Positions 52,300 to 64,000 of a DNA stretch of 64,000 bases are shown in pieces. The position numbers were made by a program, and so were the translations under genes. Positions within the stretch are counted from its first letter, which is position 1, and each line of letters starts with the position of its first letter. This DNA is from Raillietiella orientalis (Eukaryota): the NCBI GenBank assembly GCA_036172245.1, contig JAYWIR010000004.1, forward strand, positions 4,278,001 through 4,342,000, given 5' to 3'. The notes under the pieces are model-generated. The model searched no databases and was not told where the DNA came from. It saw only the letters and a list, made by a program, of their open reading frames with translations.

Positions 52300-55200
52300 G
52301 GGGGAGGGAAGAAGGTGCACAGGGTCAGCTTCGCAGCATCCCGGCGCGCGCTCGTCTCCTGCGGATCGATCCGTTCGCTCCTCGCGCAGGGATAGCGGGT
52401 CTTTCGGCGGCTGCCTGGTTGACCGGCAGGGCAGAGTTCGCGCCTGGGGTTGAAGCGGGGAAAGTCCGGCAGCCCTCGCGTTCGGGATCCCTTCCGCAAG
52501 CGCGCGTCCGGGTTCGGTCAGAATCTCCCCCCTCCCCCTTCCCCGCGGGGGAGAGAGAGAGGAGGGGAGGGAGGAAGATGTGCTTTCGTTGCATCCTCGT
52601 CGGATCCATCAGCCGGTCTTGCGCGCGCACCAGCCAGGACCTCGACCTGCCCCGCGCTGGGGGTAAGGGTAGGGGGAAGCGACTTCCCCCCGCCCGAGCG
52701 AGCGCTTTTGCTCTCCTCCCCTCTCGCTCGCAAAGAGTTGCGCCCTCGGACGGAACGCCCTCCCCTCCGACATTCCATCCGGACGCTCAGCAGATCGCCT
52801 CATCGTCGTAAATCATCCATCCGCCCGTGGCAGTAAAGGAAACGGCAGCTCCTAGGAATAGATAATTGAAAAGTGACGCTGCACGGATGTTGGGAGTGCG
52901 GTTCGAAGCCCGGGCGGGCGCACATCTCGTCAAGAGATCAAAGCGAAAGAGGAGAGGATGGGGAAAAAAGAAGAGCGAAGAGACGACGAGGAAGTGCGCC
53001 TTCTTCAGCAAGCGGGAGGCTGCGGGAAGGAGGGGAGCACCAGTCGCACGCCTGCGCCGCCGCCGCAAACTGGCACCGAGCGGACCTCCGCTTGGTCCGG
53101 CGGCCGCGAGAAAGTGGTCCAGAGATGCGAGCTCTCCGAGGGAGAATCGCCGGAAAAGACAGAGCAGGTGCTTCTCTGTCCTCCCCCCTCCCTCCCCCTC
53201 CCCAGCGTCCGCCTTTGGTCGCGGTGGGGCCAAGGGTTCCGCAACCCCGCCGCGCGGTTCATCCGAAGCACCGACTCTGGAGGCGAAGTCCCGGACATAT
53301 CCTGGGCAAATCAAGGAGCACCCCCGCGGGCGACAGGTGGAAGTCGGTTGGGACCCACAGGCATCGTGGGGGCGTCCGTGGGTCGCGCGCTCTTCTTGCC
53401 GGAGGTGCGCTCTGGAAAGCGCCGGTGCGTTCTTAGAGGAGGAGGGGGCGCCAGGTCGAAGGCCATCGCCGGGCAACTCAGTCGTCGCACCCCGAGTCAC
53501 GGGGGGAGATTCCAGAGATCGACCGATCTCCCGTGGGAAGCCTCTGCCGTGCGGCGTTTTTCCTCCTTTTCCTCCCGAGGGCTTCCCGAAAGCAGCAAGG
53601 AATCCGGCCGTCCTCGGGAAGCTCTCGGAAACTCCCGACTCCCGAGGTGATGCGGAGGACTCCGCTCCGGGGGGGAGCAGAGAGGATTCCGAGAGGGCGG
53701 GGGGCGCGCGAAGAAGCAGCTCCGCTTCTTACCGTCTCGCGGGCTACGGATCCCCTTGTCTGGAGGGGCCGCTGTTCGGGTCGCCGCGCCCGAGACAGGC
53801 GCTGCCCACGAAGAGCAGCGTGGAAACGGCGAAAACCGTTCAGCGCGAGAGGCGGCAGGGGGCGCTCGTCCGGGAAGCGCCGTCGGCGCAGGCATCCCAC
53901 GTCCCGGGATTCCATTCGGAACGTGCACGTGACCTCTTTGGTGGGCGCGCACGCGCGCGGAATTTCCCTCGCCCACGGCGCACCTGGGCGGCGCTTCCTA
54001 CGCTTCTCGCCAAGAGTCCCTGGAAACCCGCAAAACCTCGGAGCAGGAAGAGCGGATCCTGTGATTGGCGCGTGTTTGCGTTGCCCAGGGGGAGACCAGG
54101 AGGTCTTTTCTTGAAGAACGCCGCCGCCGCGGCACCTTTGAAACAGCATCCCAGCAGCAGCAGCAGCAGCAGCGGTGCCCGCAAGAGGAACACCTGGAGC
54201 GAAGCCGGCGGCGCAAAGGTCATCGCGGAAATCGATCCGGCCACCCAGCGCAGCCGTCTGAAGCTGACCTGACGGCTCGGAACGGATGAGAAGGGTCCGG
54301 GGCCGCACTCTTGACTGCCTCATCGGCAGAGATTGGCGTTAAGCGCGGATGAGGCCGTGCGCGCCCTCTTGAGCTTGCGGAACTCCCTACGGGTCCGTGC
54401 ACCCGCGCGGAGCGGAGTCAGCGGACCCCAGTTCCTCGCGGTCGGCTCGGATAATGGGGTCCACCCTTGATGGGTCGATGCATGCTTTTCTCCTTGCTTG
54501 GCCGTGCCCTGCGGCTACAGTGAATGACGGCGGGTGAGTTTGGGGAGCGCAGTTGCCGTGGGACTCTTTGGCCTCCTTTTCCCCTTCCTTTTCATTTTCT
54601 CCAGGAACTCCCGGGCGAGCTCGCGAGGAATGATAGGGAGCTCTCCCTACGAAGAGTTCGCCCGCCCCTCCCTTCCCAAGTGTGTTGCCTCCCTACCAGA
54701 GTGTCCGGGGAAGCTTCCCCCTCTTCCTGTTTCCCTCAGCCAGCCGGGGCATGCCGGGACGCAGTGGAGGAGAGCCGTGCTCTACAGACAGCGTTCGCCC
54801 CGCGGGCAAGCCGCAAGCGCGCGCTCGCGACGGCGCTTGCGCCCGTCTTTTCCGTGAAAGACTGGCGCCAGATAGGTTCGCCGGTGGGTAATGCATCCTG
54901 CGCTGGCGTTTTGCCTCCCCTGGGGGCATATTCGTCACGAACTGACTTCTGCCCCTCGCCGGCCTTTTCGTCGCCCAGTCACCGCGTGGGCCCGCTCCTT
55001 CTCTTTCCCCCTCTTCCCTTTGGCAGAGTGGGGTCTCCGAGGAAGTGGACAAGGAGAAGAACGGGCGAAGGGAAGGGGCACGTGGGAGGGAAAAAGTGGG
55101 CCTCACTGGAAGACATTCTGAACCCAGGAAGGCGTTGCGCGCTACCGACGGTGCCGCCGCGGAAGCCCTGAGGGAAGCGGAACTCCCCTCACCCCCTTCC

Positions 55201-55700
55201 GCCCTGTCCGGGCGAACGAGGAGGGGAAGGGGGAATACTCTGGCCCCTTCTAGCGAAGGGCGGAAGTCAGCGTAGCGAAGGACTCCCGAGGTCGCTTTCT
55301 CCAGCCTCAGAGACAGGCGGCTCTTCGCTGCTGCAGGCCTGTTGCCGCCTTCCTGCCCTTTTCTCCAGTTTCCCCACGAAGGTCGTTGTTGGGCGACCGG
55401 GGCTGGGCGCATGTATCCCTCCCGCCGACCACACAGCTTCGATGCGATCCTCCGCATCCTGGAACGCCACTGCGCGGGTCACTTCTTTCTCTTCCGCTCT
55501 GCTCTTCTCCTTTCCGCTGGCGCCCTCAGGGTTCGTTCAGCCGGTGCAGCCGCCTTCGAGGTGTTCTCCTCGCACTCCACGTAGAGGACTTGGATGGGAC
55601 TGCCAGGTATCGGGGGCAGCAGCACCGTTGCGGTGGCTGCCACAGAAATTGCTCTCGCAGATCGGCTCAAGGCGCTTTTCTGCCTCCTCCGCCCCCTCTC
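52300..55700 (+). mobile_element. Very GC-rich degenerate Ty3/Gypsy pol
   Basis: DISWANQ (~53295; D..AY.Q), LF..SG..A.AF (~53390-53430), VIGACL (~54060, RNase H), AGEFG..LW..F.LP (~54530; AGH.G..WP), GN..VL..AYSSR, FGRVGSPR, and ATDG (~55140). Confidence 0.65.
54152..54172. repeat. (CAG)7 microsatellite
   Basis: Read directly. Confidence 0.95.
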
Positions 55701-57404
55701 CGCTCTTTTTCCCCTTTCCCCTCTAAAGCGGACAAGGGAACGCCCCCCCCTCCTCCCCTAAGCGACCCTTTTCGGGACCGGTGGATTCTCTCTCGGGGGT
55801 GATGTCAGCGCCGCCGCCGGCGTTCCCCAGCGAGCACGCCTCTCGGCTGGAGGGAACTTTTTCTTTGTGGGGCCCGGACGATGAGGCAGGAGGGGGGAGG
55901 AGCCAGAGAAGCGTGCGCGCCGCTCCCTGAGGGCGGCAGGCGCGTTCCGGCCGATGCGCTGCGTCGCAGAGCCACCCTGGCGCGGGGTTTCCCACTCGGG
56001 ATGAACTCCCCCCCATCCTGTTCCTTTTCCCAGGGAAAGGAGAGGAGGAGAAGGGTGCGACCTGAAGGTCGAAGGTGACCTGTTGAAGGGTCGTCCGAGA
56101 AACTCCTCCGGCTCCTCCTCGCGTAGCATCCTCCCTGCCCGCGCGCCCCCTCCCACGACAGGGAGCGGGAGAGGGGAGGGAGGTGGAAGAGCCAAGCTAG
56201 GAATGGGAGAGGCTCTCCGGTTGCGGAGCCCTTCGGATCCGCCTGGTGACCCTGCGTCCTCTCCGCGCAGAGGTCTCCGCCGTTCGCTGAGGACTTGCAC
56301 CAGAGTTTCCTTCCCCTCCCCTTCCTGTATTCTCACGTGTGGTCACCAGTCTGACTCAAGGGGGAAGGAGCTCGCGCGTGCATGCGGTTCGTCCTGCCCG
56401 CCCCGGAGAAACGAGGCTGGCAGCGGTTCCATCCCTCTCCTCCCCCCCCCCCCTCCGAGGAAGAGGTTCCCGCCGCTGCCGCGAGGCAGGGGCTTCGGCG
56501 CCACAGATCGGATGACAGCGGCGCGGGCGGGCGTTGGTCGCGGGCGCCTCCCCCCGGACCGGTGCCGAGCCTTCCTGCAGGCAGGGGAGTTCGGTCCTCT
56601 CTCTGCTCCTGCTCCTCCCCGTCCACATCTGCTGCCGCGCCTCCCTTCGGCGCGCGCGGGCACTTTCTCGGCCGTCTTATCGATTGCCGCCCGCTCTGTC
56701 CCACAGGGAACCTCCGTTTGCTGTCAGCCCAGGCATCGGCGGGCGGTGCGAGCGTGGCACCACGCTCTCCCACGCACAGAGGTCGCAAAAGCGCTTCCCT
56801 CCCGACAGGGATGTAGCGACCAGGCTCTCCTGGTGCAACGGCCCTCCCCCTTCCCTGTTTGGACCCCCCGGTGTGAGCGACTCGCCCGGGACGTCAATCG
56901 AAAGCTCCGGCCCTATCCCCGCTCCGCGAGGACCCTCTTCTGTTGGTCGACTGTCCTCCCGCGCACCGGTTGCAGGAGCGACCCTGGACTTTTCGGCCTG
57001 CAAGGGACCCGGACTTTCTGGTTTCCCTGCTGTCGCCGCCGCTCTGCGGGAGCGCTGTTCCCCTCCCGAGGCCCCAAGCGTGCACGTTGCCGCCAGTCAG
57101 CTCCCTCTTCTTTCCCTCCTTCCTTCCCCGTCTCTGCTACGCTCTCACCAAGCGCCACAGCCCAGCCGCAGCCTCGCGATCTTTGCCCTCGTCCGAGCGA
57201 GCGCTGCTGCGCTTCCCGCAAACGCCAGGCAGGGCCTTCCTTCTGCGCATGCGCGCGTCCGCGTGTTTCCCCATTCGTTCTGGGTCGATGTTTCTCCTCC
57301 TCGCGATCGTTCCAGGTTAGCGTTTGCGAAGAGAAAGAGAGGGAAAGGAATTCGGCTCCCCGAGACAAAACAGTCTTCAAGTGTTCGATGTGCGTGCGTG
57401 CGCA

Positions 57405-57426
57405 CGCGCGCGCGCGCGCGCGCGCG
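57405..57426. repeat. (CG)11 tract
   Basis: Read directly; preceded by tgcgtgcgtgcgca (alternating purine/pyrimidine). Confidence 0.95.
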
Positions 57427-58229
57427 TTTATTTCCCTCTTTTTTTTTTTTTTTGTCTGTTCGCGTTTACTGGAAGAAGTTTTCCCAACTTCGTGATTTAG
57501 GAACTTCTTTTTTGTGCATGCTGTCTGATGAGCAGAAATCGAAGGAATCGAAGGGGAAAAAAAAGACCTGGCGGTGAAGGGTTAAAAATAGATAGATGAA
57601 GGATCACCGGAGGTAATGACGTTCTTCGTTGTTTCCAGGATAAGTGGAAGCGATAAATCGCCAATTGAAGGTTCCCGAAGAGCACCCGGACCTTGCGTAA
57701 CGAACGACGTGCGGCGGCGGCTGACGCCTCCTGCCCCGTTCTGTGACCCAGGCTCCGCTCTGCTTCGTGCCAGCGAGGTTCGGCCGAAGATGCGTTGGGA
57801 AGCGGAGCAAACAAAGAATCTCTCTCGCGTTCGCTCGGGGCAAGCGATCGTCTGGTCACGTTTCCCTCCCTGGCACCCGGGACAGTTCCCGGGTGCCAGG
57901 TAGGGCATCTCGATTCCGGCATCCGAATGCCTCTCGGAGTGACTGTTCACTCCCCTCCCCCTCCAGGGCTACAGGTCCCCCCTACCTCCACCCACCGTTC
58001 TTTGAGGCGGACGTGAGCACGGACCTTCTGAGTATTTTCATCCGCTTCGTCCTTCGAGGGAAGACGGGCTGCTCGGACTGCTCGTCCAACGAGGGATTTC
58101 CTCTCTCTCTGTCCGCCCACGCGCCTCGATCGCTCCGTCTCCCGGGAGGCCCATCTCCTCCATCCGGGAGGTTTTTCGCCCGCGCGTCTGCGGCCACGAG
58201 CCGGGGGGACGATGGCTCCGCGACCACGT

Positions 58230-59100
58230 GACTCGCCCTCGTCGCCTCCGCCGGCTGGTGTCGCTCTGCAAATTCCCTCATCCAGTGCCCTCGAGCGGTT
58301 TGGCTCCGCGTGGTCCGCGGCCCTCCGGAGAGCGAATGATCCACCCACCCGTCGTTGGATCTGCAAATGGAGAGGAAATTCTGGATTCAATTAAACGGGG
58401 GGAGGTGGAAGTCGCCTCGGGAACCCTCTTCCCACCGCCGTTTCCGCACCATCCTGGGAACAGAGGGAGGGAGGAATGGATGGGAGCTCCTTTTACACTC
58501 CCGGGTTTCGCGTTCCCGCTGACGGTTCGGACTGGGAGCGCGGCGCGACGTCAGGAGAGAAATCGAGCGGATTCTGGAGTTCCTGGAGAGCGGGAACGAC
58601 AGGGAAGTCTGCTCGGAAGTGATGGCGCGTCCGAAGATGAGGGCCATTCTGTCCTTGAGATTGGCTAGCTGAGTGTCAATGTTGGTTCGGAAAGGTCGCT
58701 TTAGTTACCGGGGCTTTTACCCTGTCCTCGGGTCCCCGTTCCAAACGTCTCAAGAATGTGGAGGTTTCGTGCGGGGAGACCATGGGCAGCTGATCGCGCC
58801 CTCTTTGCGGGAGCAGAGATCCTTCAAACGTCCTCCGTCATCCGCTAGGTCATCCTGCCTTTTCTCGGCGAAGCTGCGTCCTCATTCCCCGCCGCTCCCC
58901 GGTTCTTGGAGGTTGCCGGATCGATGTGCCCGAGCGGAAAATCCCATTCTCGGACGCTGGATGTCTGCTCAGGCGTGGCCACTTAACCACCGCCGCTGCC
59001 GTTCTGTTGCGCGTTCATCTCTTGCTCTTTCGCGACACTCTCTTCGGAGATTAAAAATGAAGAAAAAAAACCAGCTGCTGATCGACAAACGGGAAATTTC
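58230..59100 (+). mobile_element. Gypsy protease-RT fragment
   Basis: VVGSANGEEIL..EVEV (protease ANG motif) and RKGRFSYRGF (~58690; R..DYR.LN-like). Confidence 0.45.
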
Positions 59101-59239
59101 AGCGTAATCTGAGTTTGCCAAATTTCCGCTTATGTCAGTTATTATTATCCCTTCGCCTTCCTCTTCATCTGGAGCCAGAAGTTTCGTCGTCATTTTTTTT
59201 TTTGTGTGTGTCTTTCTTTTTTTTCTTCCTTCCTTTTCT

Positions 59240-60200
59240 TCAGCTGGAATGGCCGTCCCTGTCGATCTTGCCGCTGAGGAGCTGCACGTCTGACACCGAG
59301 CCCTGCAGACCCTGGTTCTTCTTGCACGGTATTCCCGACGAGAGTGTCGCGGCTTCGCGGCCAAGTAGGTCTTCGGGAACATTCCTCTTCTCCTTTCGCT
59401 CTCTTGGACGCACCGGTCTCAGTCTGGGCGGCTCCTTGGTTTTTCCCTGGACCCGCACCCGCGCCCGCGCATATATGCTCGAGTTGCCAGGCTTCAAGAG
59501 TTGCGCCGGAAGCACGGGCGCTGCAGCTTCCTGCAGGGAATCGCTCTCGCTTGCTTCCTTGTGCACACTGTGAAGAGGTGACGACTCAGAGGGACCCCCC
59601 AATAGGGGGGTTCGCTCCTTTGAACAACTGGAGAGGTGCCCCTGAGGGCTCCTGCTCCATCTTGAAACCGGATGCGGTCCCCCGGTGACGGGGGTCCACT
59701 CTTCGTTGCACACCGGAGGGGGAACTCCCCACTTCTTGATTCCTGGAAGGACCCGAAGGTCAACTCCCATTGTTCCGGCCATCATCAGGAGGCCGCCGGC
59801 TTTATCCACCGCCGGGACCACGCCCGAATGTCTCGGCCAACCAGCGCCGTTGCAGGAGAAACTCGTAACCCAAACGACGCAGTGGCGTCAAGTTATCTGC
59901 CGAAGTATTCGAACCCGCGGCGCATGGTGCCACGCGCGGAAGCCTTAACCACAAAGCCTCCGACGCGGGCCTGAGCACGGTGGTGGCCTTCAGTCGCCTT
60001 CCTTCAGCCCCGCGCAACGCGCAAACCCAACCGGACAAGCGTGGCCGGTCGAGCCCTCCGGTGCCGGGTGGCAGGTGGTGGCTGCGGATTCGAACTGCCC
60101 GAACAAACCGTCACTTCAGCAGGGAACACCCCCCATACCTGGAACACCCGTACAAGTGAGGTGCGACTACTGGATACTCAGGGGTTCGAAGTTCTCTGGC
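59240..60200 (-). mobile_element. LINE APE-type endonuclease remnant
   Basis: Minus strand: VGGFVV (~59950), GFEY (~59910), LLMMAG..WG..N..WT (ORF 59240-59821; l.GDFN..W..N-like). Confidence 0.4.
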
Positions 60201-61649
60201 ATCCTCCTGTAGGATGAAGTTCCAGTCTCCGGGAACCAGCCGGCGCCGCTCCCTTTCTGTGCTGCCTCTGCTCCCTTCCTACGCGCAGCGAAGGCCTTTG
60301 CGCGTTTTGCGGCGAGAAGCTCCTTGCCCTGCGCCGCGAGACCGTTGCTGGCGGCGGGACCGTTGCTCAGTCTGTTCGGGTTCCCTAGTGAAGATTCTCG
60401 CGTTCCTGATCCACTTCCCCCTCCCCCTCTCTCTCTCCAGTTTTCTTTGATCTTAGCCAAAAAGCGACTGAGAAGTGATCTGCTTCCCATGAGGAAGCGA
60501 GGCTTCGACCTCCAAAGCGCCTTCAGCCGGAGGATGGGTGTCCTGCAGAGCCGTTTCCCTCAACCGAGCCGACTTCCGATAGTATGCGAGGACCGGGAGC
60601 TCTCGAGGAGTCGGCAGTGGGTCAGGCGAACCGAGGACTGCCTCTTTCGCGGCCGCGCGATCTTCTTTCGTCCTCATCGCGCACGTTCGGGCACTTCGAG
60701 ACGCGCAGCTGTCGAAGGAACCGCGTGTTTGCGTTGCGCGCGAACGTTCCATTGTCTTCTTATTCGTCAAATCGATGAAGGACATGCCAAGTGGTTGCTT
60801 CTTTGTTTGTTTGTTTTCCTTCAAAAAAGGTAGAGTCTTTTCACAGCTTCGTAGGAGTCCTTATCTCCTCCGGAGCATGTGCTCATGACTGAGCTTCACG
60901 TCCGCGCCTGTCCTTTCGTCGTCGGCCGACTTCTTGCAGCACCGACGGCAGAATCGAAGGGAAAGAAAGAAAACAAAATGGTTCATGAAGCCTTTAGCTT
61001 GTTCTCCTCCAACTCCCATCGAGTGCTCTTTTCTTGGTTACCGGTTTCCTTCATTGTTTTCTCTTTTTCTTGGGGCTGTGTTCTGCCTTCAGTTCGAGCG
61101 GGGATGAACGCGTGACCCCCGGGAGCAGGTTGCATATCCTCCGTTTCGAATCTCTGAAGCTCCGGATTGAGGCGCGCACGGGCGTCGTCCCTTCCTATTC
61201 GACGCAGCCAAGAGCAGCAGCTCCTGCCTGCTTTTCAGTTCCGTAATCCAGCAGTCTTCAGGCAGGTGGTGATGGGTGTGCCCTCGCGCGCCCCTGTGCA
61301 ATTTTTGGTTCGATGGCGAAAGCGAGTTTCCTGTGTACGGACGCACGCGTGGGCTCAAAAGGGAGTTCTTGTGAAAGCAGCATGCCTCCGCCTCCAGCGA
61401 GGGTCACTTTTCGAAAGGTCGCCTCGTTTCTGAAAGACCCCCGGGGCAATTGCGATTTGCGCATATTCCGTGCCTAGTGTTTATTTGTTTGTGTGTGTAT
61501 GTATGTGTGTGTGTGCATCTGGAGAGAAGAGGGGATGGGAAAAGCGAGAGATGAGTGCGCCCATTCGCTTCACGCGACTCCGCTGCCGGAAAAAAGGTTC
61601 CACTTGGAGGCCGACTGAGGTTTGCACTTCTTTAATTCCGCACGAACAT

Positions 61650-62560
61650 AGGGATGATGCGCTTGCCCAGTGAGAAGATGAATGGTGCCCAATTACAGGG
61701 GGCATTTCAACTCTCCCTTGCGATGGTTCCGAAGATCGGAAAAGAAGTCAAACGAAGAATAAAAGAAGAGGCATTTGTTTCAGTAAAGCGGTCAAACATG
61801 CATCATTTTTCATCTGCCTCACCTTTCCCGATGTTCACCTCACGGGTGCACCCGCCGGCAGATGATGGAACCATTCCTCGACCGTCGGAAATATGGTTAC
61901 CGTTCTTCCGGATCTGGAAACATGGTGCCAAAGGGTTCAGACCGGAAATCCTCTGCAGGATCTGTCTGTTTTCGAGCACGTGAGGAATTTGCGTCAGGGC
62001 AAGAGATCAGCGTCCTCAGTGGATGGTGGGTGTGTCCACGCAGGACAGCAAGGTATCGAGACAAAAGATATAGTTTGCTGTAGCCTGGTAGATGGCCCTT
62101 GAAAGTTCTGCTGGCAACCTGGAGGTGGGTGACAACCAGCTCTGGTCGGCATGTTTAAGAGACTGAACCACTGGACAACCATGCGTGTGTTTTGGAAACC
62201 GTGATGTGGCACGGCTCGAACAAGGTCTTCTGCAGATCTTATTAGGGCATGCTAGTAAAGATGCTGGCCTTCTGCTCATGTTACAGTGTGCGCAGGCTTT
62301 CATTTGCCATCACGCAAATTAACACGCCTAGAAGAACAGCGACCCTGATCTGCGATGATTCGTCTTCGAAGTTGTGTGTATATTCTGTCTTTGAGCGGAG
62401 AAAGTGTGTGCACCGACCGCAGTCTGTGCAAGGATTTTAGAGTGACAGAGATGTTGCAGGTAGACGCAAGTCCATCACCGCAGCACCCACGATGCGGTTT
62501 GCATCAGCTAGGCCGTTCGTGGTTTTCTGGCGAGCGTATCCTGAAAGCTTCCTCTTCTCA
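61650..62560 (+). mobile_element. Non-LTR (LINE) reverse transcriptase fragment
   Basis: PPADDGTIP (APG.DGI), RIWKHG, YRDKRYSLL (NYRPISLL), ICDD..K..YSV (F.D..KAFDSV). Confidence 0.6.
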
Positions 62561-62999
62561 GTATGCGTGTTTTTTTTTTGTGTGTTTTCCGTGGTTCGAT
62601 TTTGTTGCACGTCTTCATCATTTGTTTTTGTTTTGTTGTTTTCATTCGGAAGCCGAAACTTTGCCTGCTCTCCAGGGCTTTTTGTTGATGAAGAAGACGC
62701 ATTCATTGTAAAATATTCATGCAAAAAGGAAAAGAAAACAAAAAAAAGGCAATCACACTTTTTGAAGACTTCGTAAGATGCGCAGTACCTATCTGATGGA
62801 TCAACTTTCCTTCTCGCGGTTTTGTGTTTGAGCGGTTGGAATTCGTTCTTTTTATGTCACTGTTTATGCCATTATCGTTTGATGCGAATGCAGTGCTGCT
62901 TTTAGTCAGCTCGTTCACCCGTGTGCTACTAAAGATGCTTTATTAATTCGCTCCCTTAGTTACCAACTCGGCGTTAGCTTCCAGGTATCGAGTTGTTGT

Positions 63000-64000
63000 T
63001 TGGTAATGGCATCTCTCTCCAGTGCCATCACGTTATAGTTTCGAACGTGTGTTTGACGATCTGTTTCCACACACCCCTTTCTACCTTCTGTTTGCTTTGC
63101 TCAGGAAACTTGTTTATAAAGCAATAAGTTTGGAAAGCCAGCTTAATCTTGACCGACTTTCTTGTAATTATATTTTTGGATCTACCGAGTAGTCACTCGT
63201 TTCAGCAGTTTTTTGAGCTGAGGAGGCAAGTGGTGTGTGCCTGATTACAAAGACTTTACTGCTTCAGATCCAGCTGAATTGAGCTTCAAGGGGATGTAAT
63301 AAAGACTCCTTCTCGCTACGAATTGCGGGCTATCCATACAAAGAAAGGAACTTCAAATGCGAAATTCTTAAACATTTAAATAACATCCTGTACATTGTGT
63401 CGCGTTCGTATCGGTGCACAGCAGTCGGCTTGCCATGATCCGAAGAATCATCTCAGTGTATGTTGCACGCTCATGATGCACGTGTGAGAGCTACACGGAT
63501 CGTTCCTCCGAGAGTGAACGAAGAAGGGGGCGGCATGCAAACCAATTTTGATGTTTCTGTCAAAGACAAGATTCTTTGAGCATTCTTATTTACTGTAGTA
63601 GCCGCCACACTGTATGTACCCGAATTTGCCATGATTTGCGTTGCTCCTGTGCTCCTATCCAAACGTTCTTATTCCTGGGTTGAACTGAATGGCATGCGCC
63701 AGCGTCCAGAGTCTTGGACTTGAGCTTGCATTGCAACCACATCACCGAATCGGCGAGGCGAATGCAATGCAAAAACTGCTTCGGTGATGATTCCCTTTTG
63801 TTTTTGTTTTTACGTTAGCCATGCACATCAGTCATGAGCATTGGCAACGTTCCTAAGCATCAAAAGTTCGGCTTCCGTGACTTTCCACATTGAAGTCCTC
63901 CCCGAATATTTCGCTGTAAGTTTTCATTCATTAAATGCAGCGCTCGAGCTGATGGCGCGAACTTCTTCCCCAAGCATTTTTGGCACTTTTCGATGGCACC
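63000..64000 (-). mobile_element. Degenerate piggyBac-like transposase (continues beyond window)
   Basis: Minus strand: PSKSAK (~63985; PSKP.KYG), YSG (~63905), KNV..DRST..GTYSVAATTVNKN (RNV..DN.FT..GT..N), VHRYE (~63410; V..YN). Confidence 0.55.

Noticed and set aside
52866..54272. 468-aa ORF as a real gene
   Set aside because: Stop-poor GC-rich sequence; Gypsy pol motifs are scattered across frames and there is no coherent domain.
56083..57495. 470-aa ORF as a real gene
   Set aside because: Low complexity, runs through (CG)n and poly-T tracts, and overlaps long ORFs in several other frames.
1..64000. CRISPR array, prokaryotic operon, rRNA or tRNA
   Set aside because: No regularly spaced direct repeats, dense intact ORFs or recognisable structural RNA seen; the sequence has eukaryotic repeat character.

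Overview
Eukaryotic, gene-poor DNA with many homopolymer and microsatellite runs. I found no intact protein-coding gene, rRNA, tRNA or CRISPR array. The window is a tightly packed graveyard of heavily decayed (stop- and frameshift-riddled) foreign sequences. Mobile-element remnants: about nine Ty3/Gypsy fragments, an R2/NeSL/Utopia-type RLE non-LTR element, LINE endonuclease and RT pieces, two hAT pieces, a piggyBac piece and another DDE transposase. The main result comes from reading across frameshifts: 5.7-34.7 kb holds a cluster of non-retroviral endogenous viral elements (nrEVEs) from several unrelated RNA-virus lineages. These are a near full-length Mononegavirales/Jingchuvirales-like L gene (-), a Phenuiviridae-like L (+, probably split by a Gypsy insertion) with nucleocapsid and possible Gc pieces, an alpha-like (+)ssRNA RdRp (+), and a second, different bunyavirus L (-). 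The layout resembles a piRNA-cluster-like viral archive. All calls come from manual motif recognition in very degraded sequence, boundaries are approximate (about +/-100-300 nt), and they need frameshift-aware homology searches to confirm.
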